A stretch of DNA of 64,000 nt. It comes from Chrysemys picta bellii. Taxonomy: Eukaryota. Both the position numbers and the translations under genes were made by a program. The notes under the pieces were generated by a model that was not told where the DNA came from, made no database searches, and was given only the letters and a program-made list of their open reading frames with translations. How positions within the stretch are numbered: the stretch's first letter is position 1; the number at the start of each line of letters is the position of its first letter. Of this stretch, positions 35,801 through 47,965 are shown piece by piece. The stretch covers positions 149,730,001-149,794,000 of the forward strand of contig NC_088791.1 of NCBI RefSeq assembly GCF_011386835.1, written 5' to 3'.

Positions 35801-38239
35801 GTCTTACAATTGGAAAATGATTTTATGCAAAATAGAAAATAACAAATGGAGGAAATTCTATCCTTTCAGGTGCCTTCTTCTGTCCCTATGAAGATGTGGA
35901 GGCTAAGCAGGAATCCCTGAAAGATGTTGGAGAGAGAAGAGCAACAATATTTCTTCTTGTCGTGTCACATGTGGTAGAGAAGAGACATAATTCAGAAGCA
36001 ACAAATATAAAGGAGATTCTTCAGTGGGGCACTGGACACAGACAGACCCTCGGGTTCTCTAGCTGAGCTCCCAGACTAACACAGCCTGTGCTGCCCAGCA
36101 GTGCCCCACATAGGGTCTCCTTAGCTGTATCTAGCCTTTTCTTCTTAAAATAGTCCACCACTTGTACAGCTCCAGCACTAGTGGCAACAGTGGATAGCAG
36201 CCATGTTGACCAGCCAGCAGCATTTGAAGCACCATGTCATTTAAGCCTGCACCCAGGAAGCCTAGATGACATGGTGGCTGACATGCCAACAATAACCTGC
36301 AGCCTGTTTACACTAAAGCTCTGGTACGTCTCAGAACCTTGATTTCCTCACTGAGTGGGAAATTTTAGGGGGAAAAAATCTTGTGTAGTTACAGTGTGTA
36401 AATTCTGCCCTGGATTCAGCAGTCAAGGAAGGACCTGCCGCCTGCACGGCACTGCTCTCTAATCTGCATGCAGGATTTTCTGTAGGTGAGGCTGTACGCC
36501 TCAGGAATCTGCTTAGGAACTAGTTGGATTCAGCCAGCTTGCGCTTGTTTGAATCTGCTAGTGGCAGACAAGTACTAGGCACTCGGGCAAGGTTTCTGCT
36601 GTGTGGGAGGAGCACAAGCAACCCAAGAGATTCTTAAACACAATGGCTGGGGGTGGCAGAGTGGGAAAGAATTTCACATTGTCCTTCAAGAATTCCTGGG
36701 AGTTGAAACACGAGGGGGGTGGGGGGGACTCTCTGTGGGGCTTTGAACATCACCCTGAGAATACAGAGCAGAAGTGGGTGGTTTGTGCCAAGTGACTGGG
36801 ACCTCCTTGAACCAAGGCTGAGAGTCACCCGTGAAATACAGAGTTATCCGCATTATTGGTCTTATCTACACTGCAGGGGCATCCCTGCAGCACCTGGCTG
36901 AGCTCCCCTAAAGCCCTGCCCAGCATAGACTGAGCTCTGTGTAAAATCCAACCCTGGGATGGGATGAATGCTATAGGTCTGGAGGTGCTTCCCTAGGACA
37001 CTACTCTCCCTTTGATGTGCCCAAAACTTGAACCGAATCCTGGGGTGCCCTCTGTGGGCAGTTAAGACCCAGTAACATCTTAAACGCTGTGTCAGGATGG
37101 GCAGAGGGGGCAGGGCAAAGCAGCTGAGGGGAGATTGCCACAGTAATGCTCCATTGCTTCTTGTTGATGGAGAGAACATGGGCAAGCCAGGAGCATGGCC
37201 GGTGGGTCTCTGAACAGTACAGATCTGCCAGGCCAAACCCCTGCATAGGGCAGGGAAAGCAGCAAAGCCCATCTGCTACCCAAGCCCTTACAACTGGTAG
37301 CCGCGCCCACAGCCTGGCTCCAGAACAACTACCCATACAGCAAAGCACTTTCTCTTGGCTTTGCTCCGTTCCCGAGGGTTTGACCCTGAGAGTGAAATCC
37401 AGCCGGAGCCCTGGGTAAGAGAGAGGACCGGAGTTTTCAGGCAGCGATAGCTGAGCAGAGGCCCTGAGCTGTCTGAAGTTCGATATAGAAAGGAACAGTG
37501 GGTTTAGCAAGAGTTGGCTGAGCCTTACCCATCACTGGGAACTTAACTGAGTCTGAACCTTTTTTGACGTTAGAAAAAGCCCAAGTTAACCTTCTTCAGG
37601 AAAAGCGCCAATCACCTAGGTGCTAACAATACCAATGGCACCAGTAATGCAAAACTAGGAGAGAGACTGTCTGCAAGACTGACTGTGCTAGAGACACCAA
37701 AATCTACCATGAGGTTGTCAGCCAGGGTTCCTACAGCAAAGGGATACGAGGGGGTCTCAGAGAAGCTGCCAAAGTAAATCTTGAAGCCTTATGAAAATCC
37801 CTCCTCAGATTGCTGTCTGCCTCCATGAGGCCCATTTAAACACCTTGTCTCCTTTGTGTCTCTGCTAGGGCCAAGTGACAGCACGCAGATAGGCCCATCT
37901 CTAGCAAGACTCTGTCCTTTTATGTGAGCATACCCCATCTGAATCCTGTCCTGGTGATCGCTTCCCTGGCTGCCCCATGGTCTCTCTCTTCTCTGCATCC
38001 ACCCCTGCACTGAGGTTCCCCCCTTAGTATCCCAACGTCCCCTGGTGTGGATATGCTATCTGGTTTCTTCTCTCCCTCTCCTCTCCTAAGGCAGTGCCCC
38101 AGGCCATAGGCAAACACATTCCCGCTAAGGGTCCTTCGGAAACAACTACAGGTAGCCCAACACTCAGGGCTTCTGGAGATGCATGATGTCAGTACTGCAC
38201 AGCCAGACAGAGGGAGGCAGAGGCTAGGACACAGAACTG

Positions 38240-38405
38240 GGAGATGAGACCTGGCCCTGCCACTGACTGACCTTGGGCCATTCACTCCTGCTCTCTGTGC
38301 CTCAGTTTCCCCCATCTGTAATATGAGATGAGTGATACTGACCCACCTGGAAGAGTGACACTCTGATCTCTGGATGGAAAGAGTTACAGAAGGGCTAAGT
38401 GTTAC
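38240..38405 (+). mobile_element. MIR/CORE-SINE fragment (representative; others at ~15780-15990, 20530-20640, 27790-27920, 34130-34260, 48580-48790, 55960-56100, 57200-57370)
   Basis: CORE motif tgaccttggg..ctctgtgcctcagtttccccatctgtaa. Confidence 0.7.
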
Positions 38406-39649
38406 TTTGTTATTTATTCCTATCTAAGAAAGAGTGAGAAACTGAGAGATGGGGAAAAATACAAGGGAAAGATAGAGAGAGGAAAGCAAAGTAAGATGGA
38501 GAGTGAGCAGGAGAGAAGAAGAAACCCAGAGGGAGACAGAGAGAGACAGAAGGAAAAGGAGAGAAAGAGGACTGGGGAGACTGAATAAGAGGAGGAGAAC
38601 CACCTCAGCCCTGCGGAGTGGTGACAGCAGCAGACACAGGGTTGTCTATGAGAAGCTTTCTCTGCGCAAGCTCCATTTTCTTGGAATCTCTGATTTTTCT
38701 CCTCCAGGCAGCCATTAATCTAATATTAAGCCCCTTAACCTCTCTAATTGTTCTCTTTCAGTGTCAGCTGGTTTCCTATTAACCTTTCAATCTTTCTGTA
38801 ATGCAGTTACTGCTGACTCCAGCCAGCCCTGGCTCTAAAGATTTACCTCCGGCAGTAAATTTTTCCAAGCTTTCACCGCCCCGCCCCCCCCTTTCTTTTC
38901 TTTAATGATTATTAGTGCTGTTAAGGAGCCAGTTTGAGCTAGAATCTAAGTGCACAAGGCTGAACAAGTGGCCGTCTATAAATAGCCCTTCGTTACCCAT
39001 GCTCCTTATTTCATTAAGTTGATTGGCTTCCCTCTCCCCACTTCATTGCATCTCATTCCCTGTCCTATCCATTATTGATGCTGTTTTTTTGTTGCCATCT
39101 GAGACACTTGCTGTTGATAGCAGAGTTAATTGGCCCCAGGTTCTCTCCGCTGAACAAAATAAGCATTGTTTCAATTCTAGGGGACATCATTAGAGTGTTT
39201 CACAATACAGGAAAAGCATTGGCTTGGGTGGATCTGGCAGGCCTGGAGCATCAGGTAATGGCAGACTGGCGCTGTGCTCGCAATGGAAAAACAGTGCAGC
39301 CAAGCAACAGATGCGGGGCCACCGTCTGCCCTGGGCTGTGCTTGTGCAATTCCTCCTGAGTGCAGTGGGGTTGCACTGAGAGCAGAGCATCACCTGGGAT
39401 TTACACCCTGACAGTGCTAAAGCAAAGGTGCCCAGAGCATGGCCAACAGGCTGCACACAGCCCAATAGTGTGGCAGCCCTTCGGCTTTAATAGAGAGGTT
39501 TTGCTATGGAAGATTCCAGATTCCAGCATGCAATGCAGCCTAGAGTATTGCATCTCGCACCTGTAGTGGCTTAGGGCTGCACCTCCATACTCAACACAAG
39601 TGCACAGCCTGCCTCTAAAACTGTGCAGACTATAACTCGCCCCACTCCA

Positions 39650-40803
39650 GAGGACATGCTTCCATGCTGATGACATTCATTAAAAGAATATTGCGTTAAT
39701 TAAATTTGTGACTGAACTCGGAGGAGAATTGTGTGCCCCCTGCTCTGTTTTACCCGCATTCTGCCATATATTTCATGTTATAGTAGTTTTGGATGAAGAC
39801 CTAGCACATGTTGTTTGTTTTAAGAACACTTTCTCTGCAGATTTGACAAAACGCAAAGAAGGTACCAATGTGAGATTTCTAAAGATAGCATCTGTTAGTC
39901 TTAAAGGTGCCACAGGACTCTCTCTTGCTTTTTACAGATCCAGACTAACACAGCTACCCCTCTGATACTAAAGATAGCTACAGCACTCAACGCAAGATTT
40001 CTGAATCTGAAGTGCCTTCCAAAATCTGAGAGGGATGAGGTGTGGAGCATGCTTTCAGCAGTCTTAAAAGAGCAACACTCAGATGCAGAAACTACAGAAC
40101 CCGAATCACCAAAAAAGAAAATCAACCTTCTGCTGGTGGCATCTGACTGAGATGATTAAAATGAACATGCATCGGTCCGTACTGCTTTGGACTGTTATCG
40201 AGCAGAACCCGTCATCAGCATGGACGCATGTATTCTGGAATGGTGGTTGAAGCATGAAGGGACAGATGAATCTTTAGCGCATCTGGCACATAAATATCTT
40301 ACGATGCCAGCTACAACAGTACTGTGAGAACGCCTGTTCTCACTCTCAGGTAACATTGTAAACAAGAAGCAGGCAGCATTATCTCCTGGAAATGTAAACA
40401 AACTTGATTGGCTGAACAAGAAGTAGGACTGAGTGGACTTGCAGGCTCTAAAATTTTACACTGTTTTATTTTTGAATACAGAGGTTTTTTTGTACATAAT
40501 TCTACATTTATAATTTCAACTTTCATGATAAAGAGATTGCACTACAGTACTTGCATTCGGTGAATTGAAAAATACTATTTCTTTTGTTTTTTTACAGTGC
40601 AAATACTCGTAATAAAAAATAAATATAAAGTGAGCACTGTACACTTTGTATTCTGAGTTGTAATTGAAATCAATATATTTGAAAATGTAAAAAACATCCA
40701 AAAATATTTAAATAAATGGTATTCTATTATTGTTTAATAGTGCAATTAATTTTTTTTAATTGTGCGATTAACTGTGATTAATTTTTTAATAGCTTGACAG
40801 CCA
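39650..40803 (+). mobile_element. hAT (ZBED1/Ac-like) transposon remnant with transposase C-terminus and right TIR
   Basis: ADLTKRKEGTNVRFLKIA..LKCLPKSERDEVWSML..EWWLKHEG..LAHLAHKYLTMPATTVL*ERLFSLSG..LSPGNVNKL (hATC dimerisation domain) at ~39836-40427 with stops; end ttaatagcttgacagcc. Confidence 0.88.
39890..39967 (+). mobile_element. Penelope-like terminal fragment inserted in hAT transposase, 11-bp TSD
   Basis: Flanked by CTAAAGATAGC at 39879-39889 and 39968-39978. Confidence 0.85.
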
Positions 40804-41488
40804 ATATATATATATATACACAATATATATAAAATGCAGTCATTTATTTTATATATAATATATATATATATACATATATAAATGACTGCAATGTTCTTCA
40901 TTTGGCGCCCATGGGCCAGATCCCATGCAAAGGCCATGACCCACTGCTAGGCATCAGCTCTTCCTTCCTGACTCCTGGGATGCAGCAGGCAATCAGAGCT
41001 GTCCAGGAAGCAGCAGCGCTTTCTCCCCTCCCCTTGGAAGTCCAGCCTGTTCTCAGCAGGAGGGAGGAGCAGAGGAGCTGTCCCTGCTCACAAGAGGGGA
41101 GGAGGGAGCAGAAAGAGCCCAAGAGCTCAGGGTGGCTCCATTCCCTCTTCCCCACCCCCCTCCTGTGAGCAGAGATGGCACCTCCCCCCTCCACCCCTCC
41201 CTGTAACACCTGGCTGCGGGGGGGGGGGGGGGGGGAATGAAGAACCCCTGGAGGTTCCCCCCTCCTGTCTGGAAGGGAGATAGGGGATCCACCCCCCTAG
41301 TCTGACAGGGGTGAAGAACCTCTGTAGGAGCAGATATGAGGCTGGGCAGGGCACAGATAAGGGGGGCTGGGAGCTGGGCAGATGCGGGGCTGGATTGATG
41401 GGGGCTGGGCAGAAGAACTGCAGTTTATTTGCCTTCTGTTTCCATCATACTGCGTATTTAAGTTGGGAACTCTTCAATTACATTGACA

Positions 41489-42136
41489 AAGTGTTTCTCA
41501 AAATGCAGCCACCATGGCCGCACACGACCACCGGGGGCTTTTCTTGCGGCCACAGCCTCCTGGACAGTGATGGGGGAGGGGGACACATGGGCCGTCAGTA
41601 GTGGTTGGGCCCTGCCCCCCTCTGGAGACAAAAGCTGGAGAAGCAGGCAGCCAGTGAGTTCCTCACCTTCCCCAGGGCAGTGGGGTCAGGCTTCAGCTCT
41701 TGGGTGGCAGGCTTAATTTGTCCCCAGGCTTGCCGAGACTGCTGTGAAAAGTCTGCTGTGAAAAGTGATATTTGTGTGTTTGTTAATAGCACTTTTCACA
41801 AGAGACTTACACATTAGCAAGTCTTTAAAAAAGCAACCAAAAAAGAAAAAGAAACAAGAAAAAAGGCAAGAACGTGCGAAGCACCTTATTTGTGTTTCTA
41901 TGCTGTTTAGGTCCAGTAAAGAATGAAGACAACTGTACATTATTTTTAATATTGAGTCTGCAAAAAAAAAACCCCTACATAAATAAATTACAATGATTTG
42001 GACATGTAGATGTGCATATGTGTTTGTTTTTCCAAAAGTTCATTAAGTATTTTAGGAAAAATTGTGAGCGTGGCCACCAGCAAGAGTTGATGGCCGCCCT
42101 CTGAGGCCACCAAAAACTTTGTTGTGAGAACCTCTG
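41489..42136. mobile_element. hAT MITE
   Basis: Ends aagtgtttctcaaa / tgtgagaacctctg, the same TIR class as 23095-23725. Confidence 0.6.
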
Positions 42137-42176
42137 CGCTAGACTGTGTGAGTACATTTCAACTGACAGTGGTACC

Positions 42177-42298
42177 TAGGGTGACCAGATGTCCTGATTT
42201 TATAGCGACAGTCCCGATTTTGGGGTCTTTTTCTTATATAGGCTTCTATTCCCCCCACTCCCGTCCCGATTTTTCACATTTGCTGTCTGGTCACCCTA
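42177..42298. mobile_element. 122-bp hAT MITE (TAGGGTGACCAGA TIRs)
   Basis: TSD gtggtacc / gtggtaac; second copy at 58444-58557. Confidence 0.9.
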
Positions 42299-43028
42299 GT
42301 GGTAACCTTTGAATCAGGTACTTAGTCACATGCTTACGCAACATAAAGCGATGAGCAATTGAAGTGATTTCATTAGTTAACTTGACTGTGTTCTGCGCAA
42401 TACTTTTCGGTGGGGGTGGGGGGAAAGGCAGTGTGAGCAAGAGTCAAAATTTCAGACAATTAGAAAGGGAAATTAGATGTCTGTTCATTTCCTGGGAGTT
42501 TAACTTCTGACATTAATGTAGTTTTATTAGATTAATATTAATGGCATGCTGTTTTAATAGCAGTGCTGTGTATTTGTATAATTACTTGTTTGCAAGATTT
42601 GCTGGAATGTTGTCTGCTGGCACGCTCAACTTCTTATTTTAGATTAATAAATAGAATCCAGCACGCCACTCTTGAAAGGTTGTGACCTTTGACCAGGGGC
42701 AGGCTCACGAGAGAGCAAACACCCCTTTGGCCCTAGAGAGAGCTAAGATTTGGGCATTCCCTTATCCAGCCTGACAGCAAATGTAAAGCTATGCCATCAC
42801 TATGTGTATTACCGCGAGTTATGTGCCCAAATTAAAATGCTGTTCTTTGTTTTACTTGCATCCAGCTTTACAAATGGCACATCACATTTAAAAACCAGAA
42901 TTGAAATAAGCAATAATTCAACAATAGTGGGTTTGACATTGGGCATGGGCGGCAGTAAAACAGCGAAGGGAAGGAAATGAATGTGCAAAAAGGGGTTCCC
43001 AAAACTATGACAGCCCCAGGCCCTCATG

Positions 43029-43430
43029 CAGGGCCGGTGCAAGGAAGTTTCGCGCCCTAGGCAAAACTTCCACCTTGCGCCCCCCCCCCCCCCCCCGCCA
43101 TGAAGCACCCCTCCCACGACAGCTCCCCCCCCGTGCCCTGAGGTGCCCCCCTCCCGTGGCAGCTCCCCCCCCGGGGAGCTGTGTGGCAGCTCCCCACCCC
43201 AGCTCACCTCTGCTCCGCCTCCTCCCCGAGCACGCCACCCCCGCTCTAATTCTCCTCCCCTCCCAGTCTTGTGGCGCCAAACAGCTGATTGGCGCCACAA
43301 GCCTGGGAGGCGGGAGAAGTGGAGCAGCGACGGCGTGCTCGGGGAGGGGGCGTAGGAACGTGGTTAAAAAAAAAAAATCTTGGCACCCTAGGCAACCGCC
43401 TACTTTGCCTTAATGGTAGCACCGGCCCTG
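43029..43430 (+). mobile_element. hAT MITE (CAGGGCCGG TIRs), perfect 8-bp TSD
   Basis: CCCTCATG on both sides; inverted sister copy at 50342-50731. Confidence 0.92.
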
Positions 43431-44097
43431 CCCTCATGAGACTTAATCCAGCCCTGAACACTGGCCTCCAATCTCAGCTTCCCAGCTCCCAAACTACAGC
43501 ACTTTAGTCCTTTCTCATATCCCCTCTTCAGATCACCCCCTCCTTTTAGCTCTGGGATGATGCACAAACTTTGCTCAACTGAGGGGGGCATTGGCCACTT
43601 GCCAGGAGCCTGGGAGTTTCTCTTCTTTCACAAAACAAAGTGATAAGCAGCACTCATATGAAGGTGGAGCATTGCATGCTGGGTCTTTCGTCTCTGCAGC
43701 TTGCATCTCTGCATTATGAGGATGGCTGTGAGCCGCAATTTGAAACTGCCTTCATGCAGCCATGAACAGGCACTAAAGAGACACTGATGCTTCGAGAAAC
43801 ACTGGATACTATTACACTGCCAGAGTATTCTTCCATGGGCCTTATAGTGTTTTACAAACATGAGTGGATTAACCCATGAGGAAGCATAGCTCATTAAAGC
43901 AGGGAGTCAGGATTCCTGGATTCTAATCCCAACTCTGCCACAAACTGTGTGACCTTTGGCACGTCACTTTGGCAGATCCACAAAGATACCTAGGCACCTA
44001 AATCAGGGGCTTAGGTGCCTAAATCCCAGTTAAAAACTCCTGCTGAACCCTGTAGGCACTTAAACTCAGTTTTCAGGGTAAAAGTTCCCTAGGTGCC

Positions 44098-45042
44098 TGT
44101 GATAAATGGAAAGGGGGGTGGGGGAGGTCGCTCCCTTTTATGGACATCAAGCCAGCCAGTAGCTATAAAATCCCTCTTAGTAGCTGTTCTCTAATTGCTC
44201 TACCTGTAAAGGGTTAAAAAATCTCACTGCTATGCATAGGTAAAAGCAAGTGAATGGGCACCCGGCCAAAAGAGCCAATGGGAAGGCTAGAGCTGTTTAA
44301 AATTGAAACAAGACTCCCCTTTTGTCGGTCTGTTGTTGTTCTCCCCAGGAGAGACGGACAGGGCAGAACTGTGCTGTAAGAAACTTGGGCCAGGTATGAA
44401 AAAATCATCAGAATCATACCTAGAAACTACTCATTTAAAACCCCAGATATGTAAGTAGACCAGGAAATGTCTAGGAAGACGCAATTAGGTTTACCCCTTT
44501 TATTTCATTATAGCTTGTGGATTCCCCTGTGCTAACCTCAGGTGCTTTTGTTTTGTTTGAAACCTTTAAGCTGGGCCTCAAGAAAGCTATTCTTGATGCT
44601 TAATCCTTGTAGTTGCTCTTTTAAAATCTAGCAACAGCCTGAGTTCCCAGATGTATTTTCTTTCTTTTTTTTAATTAATAAAATTTACCCTTTTTAAGAA
44701 CAGAATTGGATTTTTGTGTCTTAAGAGGTTTGTGCACATGTTTAATAAGCTGGTGGCAACAGCTGATTTTCCTCCCCCCCCCCACCCCCCCAGCTCTTCC
44801 CCGAGGGGGGGTGAAAGGGCTTGAGGGTACCCCACATGAAGGAATTCCCAAGTGCACCTTCCTGGGCTCTCAAAGGGGTTCTGCACTTGGGTGGTGGCAG
44901 CATCTACCCATCCGAGGTCAGAGAGAAGCTGTAACCTTGGGAGTTTAATACAAGCCTGGAGTGGCCAGTATTAATTTTTAGAATCCTTGCAGGCCCCCAC
45001 CTTCCGCACTCGAAGTGCTAGAGTGGGGTATCAGCCTTGACA
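44098..45042 (+). mobile_element. Solo LTR (Gypsy/ERV-type)
   Basis: TG...CA ends, AATAAA near 44677, no internal domain; interrupts a taggcaccta-rich MITE; TSD not clean. Confidence 0.7.
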
Positions 45043-45056
45043 GCACCTATGCCTCT

Positions 45057-45775
45057 TGTGACCCAAGAACCTCATAGTGACAACCACATGGGGGTGCAGA
45101 GGGGTTACAGGGGTCTCCCAGGTCTAGTACGTACTTTCAAGCTCACTAAAGCATTGTGTGAGGTCTCTAATAAAAGCTGGTGTCACACTGGTCATCGATA
45201 TCCTCACAAAACACACATTACATACCTTGTGTAAGGAGTTGTGTGTCTACACTGAAACTTATGTTCTTAAAGTCTGTTTCTAGGGACTGATCATGGGCAA
45301 AGGTGAAAAACAGGTTTCCTGTCAGACTAGCAATGTTTATCTGGCTGGGTGTTGACATGTAAATTAAGTATTGTCTAGCTCACCAGTCTGAACTGAATTC
45401 TACTGAAAGATTGTGATAACTTCAAAGAGAAAAAAAAAGTAACAGGCAGAAGCAAACAGCAGGGGAGAGCCCTAGCTTGAGGTGCACATCAAAGGCTGGC
45501 TGTCATATATTTGGGAGACAAAGAAGACGCCCCGTCATTCTTCACTGCGGAAGTAAATGAACAGCCAGTTTGCTTTTTGAAAAAGGGCCCCTCAACTGGG
45601 GTTGGTTGAAAACGCTGCAGAGCACTTTGGCTCAGATAAGCTTCTTTAGACAGGAGGTTAACCTGTTAGTTTAGTCTCTAGAAAGTGTGTTATGATTTTT
45701 ATATATAGATAACCATTTGTTTCCAGTATTCTTACTCATTGTCTCTTGAATCTCTGTTCTTTGATATTAAACTAG
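45057..45775 (+). mobile_element. Second LTR-like fragment, 3'-truncated
   Basis: Starts TGTG; LTR-like composition; ends near ATTAAA before a CR1-derived fragment. Confidence 0.5.
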
Positions 45776-45849
45776 ATGGCAGGGGATGGATCACTTGATG
45801 GATGCGGGAACTGGACGACAGGGGATGGATCACTTGATGGTTACCCTGC

Positions 45850-46777
45850 CCTTTTGAAGCCCCAGAGAACAATCTCGTTTATGAGGCCCAATTCCATGGG
45901 GCCGGATCCTGCCACTCACACGGAGCTCCAGCAGCCAGAGCCACTCCTCCGCTTTCCCCTCCTCTCCCCTGCAACTTGAGACCACTCCCCTCCTCTCTCT
46001 CCCTCCCTCCCCCTCCCTGCATTCGCAGATCGCCGGGGCCGTTCGCCTCGGGCCTCCGGCAGTCTGGAGCTCCTCCCCCTGCTCCCCCTCCCCTGCTGCC
46101 CAGTGCGCCGCTCCGCAGCACTCTGTTCTGAGCGGCACGGTAAGGGGACCAGGGGGTCGGAGAAGGGGCAGGGAGGTTCTGGAGGGGGCAGTCAAGAGAC
46201 AGGGAGCAGGGTTGGATGGGTCGGGAGTTGGGGGGGCTGTCTGGGGGTTGGGGGTTTAAGGTTTTGGGCAGTCAAGGGACAGATAGGGGGTAGGGTCCTA
46301 GAGGGGCAGTTAGGGTGGGGGGGGTCTCAGGACGGGGCAGTTAGGGGACAAGGAACAGGGAGGCTTAGGTAGGGGGTGGGGTTCTGGAGGGCAGTTAGGA
46401 GCAGGGGTCCCAGGAGGGGGCAGTCAGGAGACAGGGAGCAGAGGGGTTTAGATGGGTTGGGAGTTCTGAGGGGGGGCTGTCGGGGGTGGGGAGTGGTTGG
46501 GGCGTGGGAGTCCATGGTGTCTGTCTGGGGGTGGGGGTGTGGATAAGGGTTGAGGCAGTCATGGGACAGGTAGGGGGTAGGGTCCTAGGGGGGCAGTTAG
46601 GATGGGGGGAGGGTCTCAGGAGGGGGCAGTCAGGGGACAAGGAGTGGGGGGGAGGGTTGGGGTTTCTGAGGGGCGGGGAAGTGGGAGGGAGTGGAAGGGG
46701 CAGGGGTGGGGCTAGGGCAGGATGGGGCGGGGCTCCTCCTGTCCTCTTTTTAGATTGTTTAAATATGGTAACCCTAG
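45850..46777. mobile_element. GC-rich hAT-like MITE, right end atatggtaacccta
   Basis: TAGGGTTACCATAT-type TIR at the right end; G-rich internal repeats. Confidence 0.55.
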
Positions 46778-47305
46778 TTTTAGCACTCTAGTGCCTGTCT
46801 GTCTGTCTGAGCAGGGAAGCACGTTCTCAGCTGCAGTGTAAATGTACTTGCCGAAATCTCTACCTCGAGTTAAGTTGCTGCTTTAAACGGCAGCTAGCTG
46901 GCCTGTCGGGAGAGGCTGGGTTGGACCTCAGCTGTTGTTGATCCTGGAGCTAGTGATGCAGTGGGGATGCTGCAGCTCAGATTACAACTGGTCAGCCTCT
47001 AAGCTAGTCAGCCTGCCAAGCTGGAATGTTGCTCTGCAGTGTTTTCATTCCCACTTGAGCTAATTCAAGTGTAATTAACTCAAGCTAACTGTTGCTGTGA
47101 AGACAAGCCCAGAGCCACTTTCCAGTGGATGAACAGGGCCTATCAGTCTCATTACAGTGGCTGAGCTGACACTGATTTACATCATTTCTACAGCCCATGG
47201 GTAGGTAAAGCACAGACTGCTAGCACTCACAGATGGGGAAACAGAGGCACAGACAGATTACAATGACTCCCTGTACCTACTGGGTTCCGGGAAGTGGGCA
47301 CCTGC

Positions 47306-47965
47306 TGTAGCCCGGAAGGGGTTGGAAAAGCCCTGCAGAGGGCTGGGGCTGGGGAAGGGAGCGAAACCCCGGCAGATTGGGGGAAGTGGCTGCAGCTGGG
47401 GCCATGCCCCAAACAGACTGACCGGGCCTTATAAGAAGGCCAGGGCAACCAGATGCTCAGCAGTCTCTCCTCTAGCTGTGGAGGGAGACAGGCCTGGCTG
47501 CTGGTTGAGAGGTACCTGGGAGTGAGGCAGGGCTGGGGAAAAGCCAGAGGAGCAGGGGAGCTCCAGGCTGGTGACTCCCCAGGCTGTAGGGCCGGGTTCT
47601 AGGCCCATAGAGGTACTGAGGGTGGAAGAAGGCAGCAGGCCAAACCCCCCTTGCCAGTGATGAGTGGCTTGTACACTGCCATCTGCCCCAGGGAACAGGG
47701 TGACTGTTGTGACTGGCAGTAGCCTTACACTGAGGCAAGGTGGTGATAGGGGGTGGGGGTTCCCCTGGGTGGGGAAACCCTGAGGCTGAGGGGTTACTGC
47801 TAGGGGGCAGCACCCCAGCTAACAGGGCACCGGAGTCCAGGGAAGGGCACGGGGGGCAAGCGGTAGTGGATCACTGGCCTGCAGAGGGTGCTCTGGGCTG
47901 GAAATCGAGCTAATTCCCTGAGAGACCAGCAGGAGGTGCCCCGGGGGTGAGTCCGCCCTGCTGCA
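47306..47965. mobile_element. Solo LTR (~660 bp)
   Basis: TGTAG...CTGCA ends; flanks ctgc / ctcc (3/4 TSD). Confidence 0.6.

Noticed and set aside
40806-40880. (TA)n tract; also 60947-60975 and the poly-A/T/G runs
   Set aside because: Ordinary microsatellites and homopolymers with no further structure.
40898-46791. Numerous Gly/Pro/Arg-rich ORFs in GC-rich segments (also 32174-32818, 43005-43507, 50411-51084)
   Set aside because: They are artefacts of stop-poor, GC-rich MITE interiors on both strands.
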